The notes under the pieces: generated by a model
Told to the model about the DNA's origin: nothing
Databases searched by the model: none
Seen by the model: the letters and a program-made list of their open reading frames with translations, nothing else
Made by a program: the position numbers and the translations under genes
Origin: Octopus bimaculoides
Lineage: Eukaryota
DNA: 38,770 nt
Assembly (NCBI RefSeq): GCF_001194135.2
Contig: NC_069007.1
Location: 7,763,403 to 7,802,172 of the forward strand
Direction: 5' to 3'
Part shown: one piece after another, positions 34,511 through 38,770 of the stretch
Numbering within the stretch: the stretch's first letter is position 1
Layout of the letters: each line of letters opens with the position of its first letter

Positions 34511-35037
34511 TTGTGTCTTTGGCTTCTGTCTACAAAATCCACTCGCAAAGCTATCGAAGAAGGCAGTTGTCCAGTGTTCCATGCAATGGGACTGAACCTG
34601 AGACTGCCTGGTTCAGAGCAAACTCCTTAACCACACGGCTTTTCTGTGTCTCATCAACTAAATATAAAATCACTATATAGTGGGTAATGGAGGAGGAGGT
34701 AATCAATGAAGAAAGGTGGGATACAGGATGACATGGTATTACAAGCATTGGAAACAAAATACTGCTGGTGCTATATGATTCTATGTGCTAGTTATGTTGA
34801 TGAGATGATAGCTTCGTTTTAGGAAACTTTTTGTATTGTTGATCTCCTCTCTAGAGACAGAACATGTTCAGGAGCTTCGTTCCACCTAACGGTTCGATTT
34901 TTTAAAACTCCCACGATATCTGGATTTGAAGTATAAAATGAGGAATCCTGGTTTGCATTGGATCCTGTCAGAATGTGAAACAGTAAATGTTGGTTTTTGT
35001 GTTTCTAAATATAATGTAAAAACTATTGTCATTTCAG

Positions 35038-35167
35038 GTAACCTATGTATGATCACTGGCGGCCACAACATTGGGCGTGTTGGTGTAATAACTCACAGGG
35101 ATAGACATCCAGGGTCCTTTGACATTGTACATGTTAGAGATACATTGGGGCATGTATTCGCCACAAG
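35038..35167 (+). CDS. RPS4: RPS4 exon 6
   Basis: ATTTCAG| ... AG|GTATGT; (G)[42 protein letters not shown](R). Confidence 0.97.
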
Positions 35168-37069
35168 GTATGTCATTCCTTTCTTGTATTTGTCAGTCTT
35201 TCATTGTCTTGCATTCTTCTCCTCTGTACGAAGGTGTGTGTGCTTGAGCGCGTGTCTTACCACACGGCCCTGCCTGCATCTATATGCATAAATATTCACC
35301 AAGAAGCAATAAATCAGAGAACTCCATAAATGTAGTCTTCAATGCATTATGTCTGAAAGGTTTCTAATTCCAGTGCACTGAGTTACATATTTCCAATCAT
35401 TAGGTATAAATAAAGACTAGTTTTCAAGATGTCGATTGTTAGTTTCTACCCTGTGTAGTCACAACTACTGTTGCAGAAGGCCATTTTTTTCACCTCATGT
35501 CAACTAGGTTAAGGCCTCTTTCAGTTTGTGTCCATTCTTCCTGCAGACAATGTGCTACATTGTTAGTTCACTGTTGTATTACATGCATGAATGCTATTAC
35601 ACGCCTGGAGCATTTTGTTACAAAGACGGTGGTACAAGTTTTGTTAAAGGCATATCAGCCACCTCTTTACATTTGGAGACGGGAGTGGTGTACTGTGTTT
35701 TGATTCTGCTTTTCAAATGCAATGGTGTTCTTTAGTGCTTTTACCATATTCGATGGCATGTGACATGCTTTTAACTGAAAAAATGTCTCCAAGAAAAAAA
35801 AGAACCCCTGTCTTGTTCTAATGTGTGCAGTTGGGGCTTAATGTTATATGCGTGAATACATTAAAAACTTTAAAAACCTCTTTTGGTGGGTGCATCTTGT
35901 ATGACATCAATTATCATGTAATTACTTTGAATGGTATTACAAGTAATTTTCTAAACCCTTTTCATGTCGATAAAATTTAACTGTTGATGCAAAGAAGTTG
36001 AAAATTATCTTGTCTGTAGGTAATATTTTGGTTGTAACAATGTTTGAGTGTTATGCTTTGAATGGCCTTAACTGCTGAAAGAAATTGCTTACTGGACTTA
36101 AAATAAAACCAGTTCAGTCCAGCTCTTGGCAGCATGGAGAACAAATTAGATGATTATGATGTGTTAAGCTTTCAGCAACTGTAAAATGAATGAAATCAGA
36201 CAAAATCTTAAACTAGTGAAACAGTTTCAAAGATTTGTGTGAATTTAAACATCTAGATAGAAATAAGTAATACAATATAGAATTTCTATTGGTCTCGTTT
36301 CATAGATTTTGGAATACAAAATTATAAAATATTCGGGTCTTGTTTGTATCTTGTCATATTCACTGTTAATTTAAGACAGTGTGTTAAAGGCTTTCTGCAT
36401 GTGAAAACGAGCAATTCAAAGCTTTTTAAAGATTGTTCAAGGGAAGGTAACTCTGGCAGCTTTTAGATACTGTTATCATTACTGCGTTATCTGCAACATA
36501 TCTCTCTCTCCCTGTAAAACATTGACGGAATTCTGGTTTAAGCTCCCCATGTAGCACCTTATGACTTTCCTATTTTGCTGATTTTGTGTTCTGCACACGG
36601 GAATTCATGCGATTATGCAAGAAATAAACATTTTTAAACCTCTTTCCCCCTTATCCAGTAAATCCTAAGAGTTCCTTTTTCCGGAATTTTTCAAAATAAG
36701 TTGAGCTTACGGACAGTCCAAATTCTATACTTAAATACTAGCAATGGGTGTATCATCAGTCCATAAAATATGTTTATGGTGAGAAAAATATTGAAATGAA
36801 TAAATACATGTCAGTATCAAAGAAATGCGGAAGGTATCAGGTGGTCGTGGGGTGTGCCCTAAATAAGTGAAATTCCCCTTAAATCACCCAATTTTTTCGC
36901 ACATGATCTCATTAAGTCTCATTTGTTGGACACAAATTTGCAAAAATTTCAAACATATAAAAAAGCTATGAGGAGTTTATGTGGGGTTCTTAAACCAGAA
37001 TTCTGTCTAAAATTGTTGTTAGGTTTTGAATTATTAATATTAATTTTTTTTTTCTTTGCTTCTTTTCAG

Positions 37070-37196
37070 AATTAAGAATGTATTCATCATTGGCAAAGGA
37101 AACAAACCATGGGTGTCACTACCTAAGGGCAAGGGTGTGAGACTGACAGTGTCAGAAGAGAGAGACAAGAGAATTGCAGCTAGGCAACAACAGTAA
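37070..37196 (+). CDS. RPS4: RPS4 exon 7 (to TAA)
   Basis: CTTTTCAG|; (R)[41 protein letters not shown]. Exon sizes 3+81+181+98+172+130+127 = 792 nt = 263 aa plus stop. Confidence 0.97.
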
Positions 37197-37211
37197 ATGT
37201 GATTAAGAGTC

Positions 37212-37217
37212 ATTAAA
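37212..37217 (+). terminator. Poly(A) signal ATTAAA of RPS4
   Basis: 15 nt after the stop codon and followed by a U/GU-rich tract (about 37240-37280). Confidence 0.65.
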
Positions 37218-37299
37218 GACTTGTTCCTTGGAATGTCTGCAGTTTTGTTATTATTTATATTCTTGTTGTTTTTGTAGTATAGGCTTGTTTAGTAGATTG

Positions 37300-37800
37300 T
37301 TGTGCTGTTATTGTGAACTCTAAGCATTACATTGAGATGATAAACAATTTCTTTGTGTCTGAATTACGTGTCGTTTCAACAGGGTTGGGGTGACTGCCCA
37401 CAAAGCCGGAACATCAATGGACGTTCTTCGCCCTCTGTTCAGTGACTGCCTCATTCCTAGGTCTCCTGATTTGTCTATGTGTGATTATTTCTTGTGGGGA
37501 GACCTCAAGGCACATGTGTATGTGCATATGCCCTGTACAAAGGCGGATTGAAGGAAGTATTCACATGGCAGTCACCCAAATCAACAGCATTGCTAGGGAG
37601 AGTGGAGCCCAACTTCAAAGAATGCCATCAGAAGTGCATCAGTGAGAACAGATAACACATGGATCTTGTTTTCCACACTTGATTTTGACAAATGCTAATT
37701 CAATATGAATACATTGATGTCAATAACAATTGTTTGCAATTAAAATTATTTATTTTCTGAATTTCTCAAGATCGTGTCTTTGTCCCACCCTTTATGTATA
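37300..37800 (+). mobile_element. Tc1/mariner (IS630 superfamily) transposase C-terminal remnant downstream of RPS4
   Basis: With one frameshift it reads YIEMINNFFVSEL..FQQ(G)GVTAHKAGTSMDVLRPLF..PRSPDLSMCDYFLWGDLK, matching the FQQDGAxAH and PRSPDLxxxDxFLWGxLK motifs. Confidence 0.75.
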
Positions 37801-37804
37801 TATA

Positions 37805-38381
37805 CTTTTACTTGTTTCAGTCATTTGACTGGCCATGCTGTAGCACAGCCTGTGGTCGAACAATTTGACTCCAGGACTTGTTCTCTGTGAGCCTACTACT
37901 TATTGGTCTCTTGTTGACAGCTAAGTTATGAGGACGTAAACACCGACATTGGTTGTCAAGCGATGGTGGTGAGGGACAAGCTCACACATATATATATTCG
38001 AGCAAGATCGTTGCCAGTGCCGCTGGACTGGCTCCTGTGCGGGTGGCACGTAAAAAACATCACTAACTGGCCCTCGTGTTGGTTGCACGTAAAAGCACCC
38101 GTTAGGAAGGGCCAGCTGTAGAAACTCTGCCGGATCAGATTGGAGCCTGGTTCGCCAGTCCTCAGTCAAATCGTTCAACCCATGCTAGCATAGAAAGCGG
38201 ACGTTAATCCATGATGATGATATACAATGGGCTTCTTTCAGTTTCCGTCTACCAAATCCACTCACAAGGCTTTGGTCGGCCCGAGGCTATAGTAGAAGAC
38301 ACTTGGCCAAAGATTCCACACAGTGGAACTGAACCCGGAGCCATGTGATTGGTAAGCAAGCTACTTGCCACTCTTACACCT
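37805..38381 (-). mobile_element. SINE family A interrupted by an RTE-type 3' fragment (about 37998-38221, +)
   Basis: The two SINE halves flank an insert ending in AGCGGACGTTAATCCATGATGATGAT, placed in the SINE's central (TA)n. Confidence 0.8.
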
Positions 38382-38416
38382 AATAAGATAACTTTGTTAC
38401 ATATATATAAATATAT

Positions 38417-38770
38417 GCCCCCGGCCCATCAGGAGTCACTGCAGAGATGCTCAAAATATCTGGCAGTGTTGGCTACAGCCTAGTCACCCGTATTACGAAC
38501 CAGGTGATACACGAAGGAGTCATACCCAATGACTGGTGTAGCAGCACCATAGTAAACTGCTACAAAGGTAAAGGTGACACTTTAGATACTAATAATTACA
38601 GAGGCATCAAGCTGTTAGATCAGGTTATGAAAGTTACGGAGAGGGTCATAGACCAACTAATTAGGGAGCAAATCAATTTAGATGAGATGCAGTTTGAGTT
38701 CGTGCCAGGTAAAAGCACCACCGATGCCATATTTCTAGTGAGACAGCTGCAGGAGAAATATCTAGCCATG
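38417..38770 (+). mobile_element. RTE-clade reverse transcriptase fragment, 5'-truncated, runs off the window
   Basis: 118 open codons: APGPSGVTAEMLK...PNDWCSSTIVNCYKGKGD...NYRGIKLL...QFEFVPGKSTTDAIFLVRQLQEKY; an in-frame TAA in the AT tract lies just upstream. Confidence 0.9.

Noticed and set aside
33190-36600. Additional TGCRCNC matches in RPS4 introns 5-6
   Set aside because: Isolated, far from the promoter, and expected by chance.

Overview
AT-rich, repeat-dense eukaryotic DNA with six N-gaps. The repeat content resembles octopus SINE families, so the source is probably an octopod (inference from recalled repeat sequences). Two spliced genes lie head-to-head with start codons 686 bp apart; the ORF track largely misses both. 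On the + strand is a complete 7-exon cytosolic ribosomal protein gene, RPS4/eS4 (22553-37196, 792-nt CDS, 263 aa, all GT-AG, with a TCT/5'TOP start and an ATTAAA poly(A) signal). On the - strand is the 5' part of metal-responsive transcription factor 1, MTF1: coding exons 21867-21149, 5325-5185 and 1992-1913 (zinc finger 1), continuing off the left edge. The rest is intronic: tRNA-derived SINEs, RTE LINE 3' ends plus one RT fragment, piggyBac- and pogo-type MITEs, decayed Chapaev-like and Tc1/mariner transposase remnants, a 60-bp minisatellite and microsatellites. The best leads are (1) a candidate 26-nt frameshifting poison microexon in RPS4 intron 5 whose two splice sites are paired in one hairpin, suggesting structure-controlled AS-NMD autoregulation; (2) a compact MTF1/RPS4 bidirectional promoter containing two MRE cores; (3) a Cys/His/acidic N-terminal extension of MTF1; and (4) a perfect 181-bp inverted duplication in the large MTF1 intron. 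All alignments and folds were done by eye, and family names come from memory, not from database searches.
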